IMG/VR virus record: IMGVR_UViG_3300021338_000003
Location: 124,001-188,000 of that record
Direction: 5' to 3' (one strand)
Length of the DNA stretch: 64,000 nucleotides
Shown: piece by piece, positions 36,300 to 45,900 of the stretch
How positions within the stretch are numbered: the stretch's first letter is position 1
Layout: every line of letters begins with the position of its first letter
Made by a program: the position numbers and the translations under genes
The notes under the pieces: generated by a model
What the model was told of the DNA's origin: nothing
Database searches by the model: none
What the model saw: only the letters and a program-made list of their open reading frames with translations

Positions 36300-37420
36300 G
36301 GGTCTACCGACGTTCTAGTCCGTAGGCTTTCGCTCCGAAGGTGATGCTGCATCGGCTACCCTAATCTTCGGCGAATATAGGGAAACAGACTGCTAGATGG
36401 TGCGGTTCAATGAGAACCCCCATTGAAGTCATCGATAACCTGCCCGGCCAGTTAGGGAAGCGATGGTTGCGATTGAGGTTGAGATTGGTAATGCAATGCT
36501 ATCCACGCGCCGAGGTGCCTTCTAGGGTAGCATTCCCCTCAATCGCTTTCTTTTCGGGAGTCTATTGGAAGTCTCCCGTTTGTGGAATATGTGCTGGAAT
36601 GCTGTCCCTGGGCGCAGCACATATGTGATGTCAGGGAAACCTAGAGCTGGTGACAAAATGCGATGACATACTCATAAGGCTGGCTCCGGCCTTATACCAA
36701 AAGTCTGAAACTTTCAGACAGGGCACACATATCCGACTCAAGTGTTGCCGAGTACCAGTCCTGCTCGAAGCATCAAGGATACCGCCCCCTCTGGACTGGG
36801 AGGTGGGTGTTGAGTTCGAATCTCTTTTGGGTCATTGAGGGGTTATCTGGTGTTCCACCTCCCGGGGTGACCCCTCAAAATAAGTAGGGAATAGGAACGT
36901 AGAAGGCGCGGGCGCACGTGTCCTTTGAAGTCATCGATAACCCCCGTAGACGCTGAAGCCATTTGGTGAATGCCGAGGGAATAAGCGATGGCACTTAATC
37001 TTGCGGACTGGGACGACGCAGGGGTGCTGTTCATTCAGGCCACACTCTAGGGTGTAGGAGAGTTTGAACAGCAAAACCAGTCCCCGAAGCCGCCAGCCCC
37101 TATATATTAGGAGGGGACGGAACTGGGGCAAGACCTCCTGAAGTGGGGCAGGGTTAGCCGGACTACCTTCGAAGATACCCGGAAATCGTGCAATGAGGAC
37201 TCGTGTGGGCCTGTCAAAATTTTGACAGGGAAAGCATCGGAGCGTAAGCTTTGGGACAGAAATGTCCGGGGACCCAAATATAAGACGCGTAGCCAATGAC
37301 GCGACCATCGAATTCTGGCATTCCTGAACTCATCAGGAATTAGTCCAAGGCTATAACCGGACAGTGAAAAAGAACATGAGCGGATGGGAACGTTAGACCC
37401 CGGAAGGGAACGTTAGACCC
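36300..37420 (+). ncRNA. candidate ~1.1-kb ornate ncRNA (GOLLD/ROOL-like context)
   Basis: Terminal helix GGGTCTA(CCG)ACGTTC / GAACGTTAGACCC; many 8-10 bp stems; internally duplicated motif block; no credible ORF. Confidence 0.65.
37381..37420 (+). repeat. 20-bp tandem duplication
   Basis: CGGATGGGAACGTTAGACCC followed by CGGAAGGGAACGTTAGACCC. Confidence 0.9.
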
Positions 37421-37515
37421 GGCTTTTCAGCAAATCACCAGCAAAATATGCGGTTTCGACCGTTTTGTCGCTACCATGGTGACAGAGAGTATGGCTAGAC
37501 TCTCACCATGCACAT

Positions 37516-37579
37516 AAACGGCCGCTTCCCGAGGCATTCCTTCTTGTCATGCCTTCTTAGTCTTGGGAAGCGGCCGTTT
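37516..37579. terminator. long hairpin between the ncRNA unit and the convergent ART gene
   Basis: AAACGGCCGCTTCCCGAG / CTTGGGAAGCGGCCGTTT. Confidence 0.6.
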
Positions 37580-37691
37580 CTGTATTTGACGTTTCTGCCC
37601 CTTGGGCAGACGATTCTGCCACCACATATTGATGGTGGTGACGTCTCCCGGGCAGGATATATCCGCGTGTGCCCTGACGATGGCCTCTTTC

Positions 37692-38825
37692 TCACGATCG
37701 TTGTACATGGTCTAGCACCACTCGGCGCACCGAGCTTGAGATGGATTTGAGAAGACGAGTCATTTCGTTTGCTATCTCGTCTATCTCCTTGCGAGTCTTA
37801 ACTCCGGGCTGATTTAGGGTCTGGTATCTGGCCCCGAAAGTGTCCTGAAGACCCTCTTTGTACCTCTTTTGGATAGCGGGGGAGGCATACTTGGTAAGAC
37901 CATGGAGAGATCCCTGGCCATAGAACGTCAAGTGGCTATTGGGGTGAGCTTTGATGGTCTCTATGGTATCATCAACAAGGTCTCCTATCGGTTTGGTGAA
38001 CTTTCGTATCCTGGGGTCCGACCGAACGTCTGAAGGAGTCCCGAAGAACCCCGCTGCCACCAGTCCAAGCATGGTGGACAAATGCACTTGGACTTCGACC
38101 CCTCCATCCCATTGGGTTACGGATTTGACTACATATGGTTTCCCGATTTTGTCTCTATTGGACCATACCTGGCCCATAAGGTATCGGGTATCCGAGTTCA
38201 ATTCAGATTCGTGCATGTTAGCAATATATTGGAAAAGACCGCCCGTCTCGTACCCTTCGATGTTTTGGCCCCTCCTGATGAGGTCCTCCCACTCATTGTC
38301 TTCAATCAGACCTCTAATTACCTCGTTGACATCCTTCCCGTGAAGCATATCCCGGAAGCGGCGGATGACTTTGACTACCTCAACCCTCATCTTTCCAGGT
38401 AGGGCTAGGATTTCGTTCTCTGCCGCATACCGGGTCTTGGTGACGTCAATACCCTCCTTGAGGACAGTGCGAAGAATGACCCCACCTTCCCCTAGAAGGA
38501 TTTCTCCTGGGTTGTCAGATATCAGCTTCGCCAGCTGCCTTGTGATGTTGAAAGCTGGAACCGTGGTGGCAAATTGAAACGCCGTTTCGATGTGGGGGCT
38601 CCACGAGGTCAAAGAATCCGAAGAAATAATACCATTCTGGATTTTGGACAGGAACTCCTGAAGTTTTTCCTCGGTGTCGAAACGAAGCCCTCGGAATACC
38701 TCTTTGGACCCTCTAAGAGGGTATCGCGAGACAAGGCTGTCTCGATAAGAAGTAGGGACTGGTCCTTCACCCCGAACATAGTAGAACAATGCCCGGTCAT
38801 CAGGGTCGAGGTCGTAGGGGTCCAT
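37692..38825 (-). CDS. ADP-ribosyltransferase, R-S-E type (Alt/Mod/VIP2-like)
   Basis: VFRGL...LTSWS...AFQFA...GVIL...ENEILALPG. Confidence 0.7.
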   Translation of the reverse strand: MDPYDLDPDDRALFYYVRGEGPVPTSYRDSLVSRYPLRGSKEVFRGLRFDTEEKLQEFLSKIQNGIISSDSLTSWSPHIETAFQFATTVPAFNITRQLAKLISDNPGEILLGEGGVILRTVLKEGIDVTKTRYAAENEILALPGKMRVEVVKVIRRFRDMLHGKDVNEVIRGLIEDNEWEDLIRRGQNIEGYETGGLFQYIANMHESELNSDTRYLMGQVWSNRDKIGKPYVVKSVTQWDGGVEVQVHLSTMLGLVAAGFFGTPSDVRSDPRIRKFTKPIGDLVDDTIETIKAHPNSHLTFYGQGSLHGLTKYASPAIQKRYKEGLQDTFGARYQTLNQPGVKTRKEIDEIANEMTRLLKSISSSVRRVVLDHVQRS

Positions 38826-38851
38826 GTTTTCTCCAAGTGAAAGGATCCTAC

Positions 38852-38880
38852 TTGCACCATATGGCGTGCCATGTTAAAAT
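38852..38880 (+). promoter_or_regulatory. sigma70-type promoter, TGCCATGT class
   Basis: TTGCAC-17 nt ending TGCCATGT-TAAAAT. Confidence 0.8.
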
Positions 38881-38902
38881 GATTTTACAAGGAGGCAATC
38901 CG

Positions 38903-39502
38903 ATGTCTGAGATCACCCCAAACCTGAAGCTCGCCCTCTCCCTTCCCCGCAGTGCGGACCACTCGATTCGGATGCCCAAGGGCATGGACATGACCCCCGG
39001 ACAGTGGGTCGATGAGGCCGGTGGGTCCTTCACCGCTGAGGAGATGCAGACCTTCGTGAACGAATGGTACCCCACGAACGACGGAGTCGAGTTCGACGAC
39101 GCCCGGTCTCGCTACAAGACCAACAACCAGCGTCGCTTCGTCGAGGACGCCTTGGCAATCCGCAAGGAGCGGGACAAGGCTCTCACCGTTGCTGCCCAGG
39201 AGCGGGAAGTCCAGGTCACCAAGGACATCTTCTCCGAGATGATGGGCGCCTTTGGGAGGGTCTGCGAGATCATGCAGCAGAATATCCCCGAGGATGAGAA
39301 GGGGTCCGAGATCGGATACATCATCCACGTAGCCAGTGGGCTGCTGGACATCCAGACCGAGAAGGGTGACTACGATGAGGAGTACAACTGCGTCACCGGA
39401 GGATTCTACCCCTACCCCAAGGTGAACATCACCAACAACCTGGCCTGGTGCATCAAGACCAGCATCAAGGCCATCGACCTCGTGACGGACAAGGGGGAGT
39501 GA
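38903..39502 (+). CDS. early-type hypothetical protein
   Basis: AAGGAGGCAATCCGATG leader; G/C-ending codons. Confidence 0.7.
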   Translation: MSEITPNLKLALSLPRSADHSIRMPKGMDMTPGQWVDEAGGSFTAEEMQTFVNEWYPTNDGVEFDDARSRYKTNNQRRFVEDALAIRKERDKALTVAAQEREVQVTKDIFSEMMGAFGRVCEIMQQNIPEDEKGSEIGYIIHVASGLLDIQTEKGDYDEEYNCVTGGFYPYPKVNITNNLAWCIKTSIKAIDLVTDKGE

Positions 39503-40110
39503 TGCCAAAGCTGAGGGTCATAAACAAGGGGCATCTTCACGACCACCGTTGGGTCGTCTCGGGAGGATCTTGGCACCGCTCGGAAATCAATAGATACGTG
39601 TCCACCGAGTGGATGCTCGAATTCATCGCCAGTGAAAAGAACGGCGCAAGAGTTCACACTGTATTCATAGACCCCACTTGTAGTCATCCTCCCAAGAAGA
39701 CTCATGTTAATGTGTGCACCAACAACTCCGAAGGTGTTTTCGAAAATCGATATGTAGTTGCTTTCAACTCCTATCTCGACGCTAGGGATTTCGCCGTCAA
39801 GGCCACGAAGTTGATGGATACCGAGGTTCCATGGTTTGACTATGTTGGAGAGTTTTTGGAGGATGATGGAGACGGGGTTGACCCTAGCGCGATTTTCGAG
39901 TGCCACAATTTCAGGGGTGCTCTATCAGATTTGGACCCGGATATCTTGGTGGTGGCCAACTCGGGGTCTTTGGGGGAAATTCCTGCCTACCCCGAAAATG
40001 TGGAGTGGGTCTTCGCTCGATGGACCGAGGGGACCGAGGGGTTTATTATCCGACACACCGGGTCGTGGCCCCTGTTCGTCTCCCGATTCCATAAACTCGA
40101 CTTTTTCTAG
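39502..40110 (+). CDS. hypothetical protein
   Basis: TGATG coupling. Confidence 0.6.
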   Translation: MPKLRVINKGHLHDHRWVVSGGSWHRSEINRYVSTEWMLEFIASEKNGARVHTVFIDPTCSHPPKKTHVNVCTNNSEGVFENRYVVAFNSYLDARDFAVKATKLMDTEVPWFDYVGEFLEDDGDGVDPSAIFECHNFRGALSDLDPDILVVANSGSLGEIPAYPENVEWVFARWTEGTEGFIIRHTGSWPLFVSRFHKLDFF

Positions 40111-40120
40111 GAGAGAACCG

Positions 40121-40501
40121 ATGCGCTACGAAGAAGAGGCCCAAGTGTTTGCCTGGAGTAGCATTCTATATCTGGCCACCATGGTCATCTTGGCCCTGGG
40201 CCTGATACTCGCAACCGCGACATGGCTCGGTGCCCTACCCTGGATGCTGGACGCCGAGAGAGAGGCTGCGGTTCATAGTCACCAATTCGTTGCTTCTCGG
40301 CAGGCCGCCTTGGTCGAATACTCCGCAGCATACCGGAAGCTCGACGTTCGCATCATCGAGGCCGAGGGTAATGACCGAATGGTTGATGCCCTTGTCCTTC
40401 AGCGGGATACCTTGATCGACAACATGAAGAGGGAGGCTGCCTCTCTCAACCCTGAGGACATCCCCAAGGATGCCCGAACCATTCTGGAGAACAACCAATG
40501 A
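40121..40501 (+). CDS. membrane-anchored coiled-coil protein
   Basis: N-terminal TM segment; AGGAG RBS. Confidence 0.6.
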   Translation: MRYEEEAQVFAWSSILYLATMVILALGLILATATWLGALPWMLDAEREAAVHSHQFVASRQAALVEYSAAYRKLDVRIIEAEGNDRMVDALVLQRDTLIDNMKREAASLNPEDIPKDARTILENNQ

Positions 40502-41043
40502 ACCTTCGCATTCTGGCCCTGGCTTCCTTCCTCCCCATCCTGGTCGCCGCCGAAGGATGTGAAAACCCGGATGCCGCGGACCGACATCGAGTCAACTCGC
40601 AGCAAGAGCAGTATTCTGTGGCCCAGCCCATTCCATCTTTCGACTTCTCGCTGGAACGCCAGGTGGCCATCCAGTTGTACGAAGCTCGTAACCACGAGGT
40701 AGCCACGCACACGGTATGGCGTGGGGATACCTCGGTTATCGAGGGGGACTGTCCATCGATCGGTTATCCGCTGCCCTATGACGTGCAGTTGACCAACCCT
40801 CTCAAGAGGGCATACAACGGCGCGTCTGTGGCAATCGAACAGGCTGAGCCCAACGGGCTGTACAGCAGCAAGAACAGTGTCGCCACCTGGGTACGATGCG
40901 TGATCGATGGGCGCCAGGTGCCCGTCTACGTGGAGGGAAAGGTCACCGCCTACCCCCTCCCTGTTGAGGTTGACTACGATACCAATCGTGTGGTTCCTCT
41001 CGACGGCAAGCCCAGCAAGCTCCTCATCCTCGGAAAGAAGTGA
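40498..41043 (+). CDS. exported/lipoprotein-like conserved hypothetical protein
   Basis: Signal peptide ending AAEG-C; QPIPSFDFSLER and QAEPNGLY motifs. Confidence 0.65.
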   Translation: MNLRILALASFLPILVAAEGCENPDAADRHRVNSQQEQYSVAQPIPSFDFSLERQVAIQLYEARNHEVATHTVWRGDTSVIEGDCPSIGYPLPYDVQLTNPLKRAYNGASVAIEQAEPNGLYSSKNSVATWVRCVIDGRQVPVYVEGKVTAYPLPVEVDYDTNRVVPLDGKPSKLLILGKK

Positions 41044-41345
41044 TGGAAATCGTCACTGTCCAGTCTTTCGACAAGGAGGGGGTGGCATCCCGCCCTCCCA
41101 AGGAAGAGAAGCTTTCCGAACTTCTCCTGTACTACGACCGTTTCAACAGCAGCTTTGGTGTCCGGAAGATCAGTGCCATCGAACGTGGTCGCTATGAGGA
41201 TGGCAAGGAAGTGTTTCGCGTCAAGTATGAGTTTCGCATCAGTGGCTCTCGGGCAGGCTACGATGCCATCACCGGTAGTCACTCTGCACTGACCGAGGTG
41301 TACCACAAGATCTCCAGCATTCTAGACAGGGAGGGACGAGCATGA
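41040..41345 (+). CDS. hypothetical protein
   Basis: Coupled ORF. Confidence 0.55.
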   Translation: MMEIVTVQSFDKEGVASRPPKEEKLSELLLYYDRFNSSFGVRKISAIERGRYEDGKEVFRVKYEFRISGSRAGYDAITGSHSALTEVYHKISSILDREGRA

Positions 41346-41626
41346 AGAGCACCAAAGATACTATGGATACCCTGTTCCGATGTATGGGATATCAGGGAGC
41401 CCGAGGGTGCGACATCGGCATCGTCGCTATGATGGCGAAGGTCGATCCTGACAAGGCCCTCGACGATGCTGACGACCGGAAGGTCGTGTCCGATGTCCTG
41501 GCCAACTTTGTGTGGGACCACTGGCTCGGAGAGCCCGAGGTCCCCACTCTGGAGACGGTCCGCCAGGATGTCCTCCTCTTCATCTCGGGGGACCTCCCTG
41601 ATGCCCAGGCCGCGGAGGCAACATGA
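41342..41626 (+). CDS. hypothetical protein
   Basis: ATGA coupling. Confidence 0.55.
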   Translation: MKSTKDTMDTLFRCMGYQGARGCDIGIVAMMAKVDPDKALDDADDRKVVSDVLANFVWDHWLGEPEVPTLETVRQDVLLFISGDLPDAQAAEAT

Positions 41627-42114
41627 GTGACCGACCCAAGGCCCCTATGGTCATCGCGACCGAAAGATTGGTGAAGGACTGGTGCGGACCAGTCCTTCTG
41701 ACGCACCATCTACACGCTGCGGTATACATGGACGACTATGTGTACAAGCATGATGGTCGTAGTAGCCTTGAAGGAGCACTAGTCTATTACGGCAGTAGCA
41801 AACCAACCGTCATTTTCCTTGACCTCCGCATCCCTGAGGCTCGGTGGCGTTTTTGCGACGTGACGTGGGGTAGTCCCGCGGCCGAGGTGGTTGCCATGAA
41901 CACTGGGAGTCGTTCAGAGCCTCTTGTGGTTTCGTTGCATGTTGGAGGCAAGTGCGTGGCGTCTTCATCCCATAGCGTAGTGGTCGGCCACGGAAACCGC
42001 CGTCTCTACGTCCCGAAGCTGGCTTCGCTCCCCGACGAGAATACACTGGCGTGGGCCATTTGGGAGACGTCCCAAGTTATGGGTGTGAGAAAGTTGTGGA
42101 TGGAGGATCCATGA
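41623..42114 (+). CDS. hypothetical protein
   Basis: ATGA coupling; GGAGG RBS. Confidence 0.55.
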   Translation: MSDRPKAPMVIATERLVKDWCGPVLLTHHLHAAVYMDDYVYKHDGRSSLEGALVYYGSSKPTVIFLDLRIPEARWRFCDVTWGSPAAEVVAMNTGSRSEPLVVSLHVGGKCVASSSHSVVVGHGNRRLYVPKLASLPDENTLAWAIWETSQVMGVRKLWMEDP

Positions 42115-42250
42115 TCGAACAGCTCTGGTTTGACTTCTGGGGAGAAACCTTCGGATCTCTCATCTTATCTGGTGGGGCCGCCTTCGTATGTGGGTGGGTG
42201 TTTCACTACGCTCACACTCCATCCCTAAAATCCAAGCACAATGACAACTG

Positions 42251-42559
42251 ATGGTGCGCCTCTCAAATACCGATCTCAGCCCAGAAGTTGAGTGGGAGGA
42301 ATCAGGGACCGAATATGTTGGGCCTGTAACCTCGGCACCCAAAGAGGTCCAAGACGCGTACTACCTCGACTGCAAAATCCGTCGATCCAAAGGTTGCAGC
42401 CTCGAAGAGATGGAACGGATCCTCTTCGAGAATGGCGTGTGTATCAGTGACGACATGCGGTTGATTGGATTCCATGGAAAGAGCAACGAAGAACTGGAGC
42501 CTTGGCAGCTGGAAGCGGTGGTATGTCTCGTAGCCACAGGCGTACTCAGGAGAAAGTGA
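42251..42559 (+). CDS. hypothetical protein
   Basis: TGATG coupling after a small TM ORF at 42111..42251. Confidence 0.5.
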   Translation: MVRLSNTDLSPEVEWEESGTEYVGPVTSAPKEVQDAYYLDCKIRRSKGCSLEEMERILFENGVCISDDMRLIGFHGKSNEELEPWQLEAVVCLVATGVLRRK

Positions 42560-42994
42560 TGCCCCGATGTGCTGATTGCATCCACCTCACACTTCGTCCC
42601 GAACTTCCTCAGAATGACTGTGATGTTATCGAGGAAGGAGGTGATGACGATACTGATAATTGGGTATGGGAACATTGGGGCGGTGACGACGTTGACCAGG
42701 ACCCTATCTGCCCTCGATTTGCACGTCGGAGCGAAGAGAGGTAAAATAGGGGTTTTGGGGGTGCATTATGGATAAGGCTCAAGTCAACGCCATCTTTGCT
42801 TCTTACCGCTGGGGACACATCACGTGGGAGCAGGTCAAGCAAAAGCTCGGGGACCGGGCAGAGGCTGAAGCCAAGAAGCGTGGCATATCAGCCCCCGAAA
42901 AGCTGGACAAGCTCAACAAGTAGACATTCGGACAGGCCCTTCCCTGGCAACTTTTCAGGGAAGGGCTCATTTGTATTCGCACCCCGAGAGAATA

Positions 42995-45900
42995 ATGACC
43001 GACGAAATTTTGGGCAAGTATTTCGTGTGTTTGATGCCTCCCAAGATGGCAGAGATACACCAACGCATCCGTCGTGACCTCGAAAAGAAGTTCGGGGAGC
43101 CTATCGACCATTCGGGACCCCCTCATGTGACCGTGAAGTACATCGGGCCCGTGACTCGTGGTGACCATGATGCCCTCTTGGGCAACGTGATGACTCGTTT
43201 TGCTCTCAGGAGTCATCGCAGCCCCTTCCACCTTCGGATTACTGGCATAGACTCTTTCGACCGTATCGAAGGCGGCGGAACACCCCTCTTCCTTCGTGTC
43301 GAGTGTCCCGAGCTTCATGACTTTCGGAAAGAGATGAACGAGGGATGGGACCCCTTCTCGCAACCTGAGAAATTTCCAGACTTTAAGCCCCACATGACCC
43401 TAGGGTATATCAACCGGGACCTGACTTCTGAGGAGAAGGAGTGGCTGGCCAAATATGAGGTCAAACTCACCTCTATCTGTCCTACCGTGGTCCTGACCCG
43501 AAACGCTTATGAAAACGTTCTCGTTCTCAACCTTTCGAATGACCTGACGGCCGCCACTCTAGAGGACTTCAATAAGGCCCCGGACGCGGAGGCCGGAGAG
43601 GACCCTGTCATTCACGAGGTGGCCATCATCCCCCTGCATGAGCGCACCGATGATAACCCAGCCTGGAAGGCTATCGTCGAGGCAGCGTTGGCAAAAACCC
43701 GTTGGTACCACATTCGCTCTAGCGATGCCCGAGGTCTCCACGACCAATGGACCAAACTCTATGGTGAAGGCCCCAACCCCTTCGACCCCCTTTCTAACGT
43801 AGACAAAAATACGGCCTATCTGGCCGGATTTGATGAAGATGACAAGCTCGTTGTCGGTGGAATAGTGCAGGGTGTCTCTTGGGATGGTGACCGTGGGATA
43901 TACGTTCACTACATCGAATCCAAGACCTCCTTCGCTGTGGCTAAACTCATCCAGGATTGGCAGAGAGAGTATGACTTCATCACGGCGGACCTGGAAAACA
44001 AGGGTCTACGACGCCTAGCCTATCGAGCCGGGTTCAAAGAATACGACAAGGGCGTGTACCTTTGGCACCGAGGTACTCCGGGTCCTATTCTGATGTCCTG
44101 GGTTGGTGATAGCACCCTCATGGACCCCTCGAAGTTGACAGCACTTACGAGGGCTCAAGCTCTAACCGCTCGATGGATTGAGGACTCTCAAGTTAAGTCC
44201 GTACCTGTTCACTCCTGGGGGTGGATTGGTGCCGATGGTTCTATAGCCTACGGCACTGGGGACAATGACTATCACGCCCAGCATGCCTTCAGAAAGGTCA
44301 AGGAAGAATACCCATCTGATTTCCGAACTCTTCCAGGGCTGAAGTATTTCACCCAAGCCAGAAACATAGAAGAGGCAGAACGAGCCATTAACAAAGCTCT
44401 TGAGAATGACCCTGATCCATTTGCAGCTGAGGACCTTTTCACGGACCTCATCAGTGAAGCATCAGGCATTCTATTTGGTCATGGCTGGATTCGAGTTACT
44501 CATCCAAATCCTGGCCAATTTGGGTTCAACGGTCTATCTTGGGAGGATGCGTCTGACCGGGCCAAAGAGACCATTCTTGCATACCTGGCCACCTCCACCA
44601 AGCAGTGGAACCTAGACCCAGAGAGTGCTATAGTCTGGATTGACTTCAGCCTAGAAGCCCAAGGCAAGTATACCATGGCCGAGTTCATCGACCGCTTCTA
44701 TGGCCGAAAAGAGGTTGATGAGTTCTTCGGGATTATCATGGCCCGGTCTGACCTCTCCCCGACCTCTGAGGACTACGCGGAGTTCAAGGAGAGCCATGGT
44801 CCTAACCCCGGGTGCTCTCTAGGCCGGGACAAAGATGGGTATTACGTCTACACTCACCGGGGCCGATCGCCCTCCTATAGCAGTCCTGGCGCCATCCCAG
44901 CCTCGAAAGTCAAGCAAATCGAGCGCACAGGTAGTGCTATAGAGGCCAGTACCAAACGCCGATTTTTCCATGGTACCAGCACCGCCTTCCTAGACTCCAT
45001 CAAGCGTGAAGGTCTTAAGGCTACCCCTCCCCAACGGGTATGGGAAGGCAGCCTAGAAGCCATGGATGGATACGTCTACCTGACCACCAGCCTTTGGACT
45101 GCTACCGACCACGCTATGACTGCCTCCCGAAAGTTTCCCGGCGAGAAACTCATTCTCGTGGTCGAATTGGACCGAGATGACCCCCGTATCTTCGCCGACG
45201 AAGACCTCGTTCCCAAGGTATACGGACGCATTGTAGAGCAATGGATGCATCTGGTCCCGAGGCAGGAGCGGATGGAGCTTCACGAGCTTTGGGAGTTGGT
45301 CCATGGTCACCCTCCTGATCCTATCGGGACCAACTCCAGAGAGCACGCCGAGCTTCTGGCCAAGATTGGCGAAGGAATCGGGGACCGCAATGACCATTCC
45401 TTGGGTGGCCTACTCAAAAGGTTTGTCAATCGGGACAACCTCACTATTCCCCGGTTTGCCAAGCTCTACTTCGAAGAGACCGACTCCTCCGACTACCCTC
45501 GGTTCATCAAGTCTGTCACCGAGCGTCTGAACCGAGACATGACCAAATATCTCAAGCACATCGGAATGACCCGATTCATTGACCCTGATAGGGTCGTTGA
45601 TTTCTTGATGAGTTCGACCATCGATGACCTGGACAATGCCTCCAATGAAAGCCAGGGCAACCGGGCTCGATGGTTCGTTCAGCATCGAGACGAATTGGCC
45701 CGAGAGTGGCCCGAATGGTTTGGCCCCGAGGCTGGAATGCTGTCTGGTGAGATGCCAACAGTCGCTGTTCGTGATGACGTCAAGCCCGACGAATACTGGG
45801 TTATTCGGGGCTCATTGCGTGATGTGAAGCGCTATGACGACCTGGAGAATCGAGGAGAGCGTGTTGCTGGTGTTCTGACTGCCTCGACCAAGTGGGATGA

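Noticed and set aside
36805-36835. tRNA at GAGTTCGAATCTC
   Set aside because: Only a 3-bp T stem with no matching D arm or acceptor stem; more likely a T-loop motif within the large RNA.
36100-37350. Group I or group II intron (GACTA/TAGTC P7-like pairs; GTGCG)
   Set aside because: No convincing P/Q elements, no domain V, and no interrupted host gene or flanking exons.
36423-37420. CRISPR array from the 18-bp and 20-bp repeats
   Set aside because: Only two copies each, wrong spacing, and no cas genes in the window.
35870-37430. RNase P RNA (AGACCCGGCTT near 37415 resembles the conserved 3' region)
   Set aside because: No GAGGAAAGTCC 5' motif at a suitable position; the nearest candidate (~37258) sits in a local hairpin.
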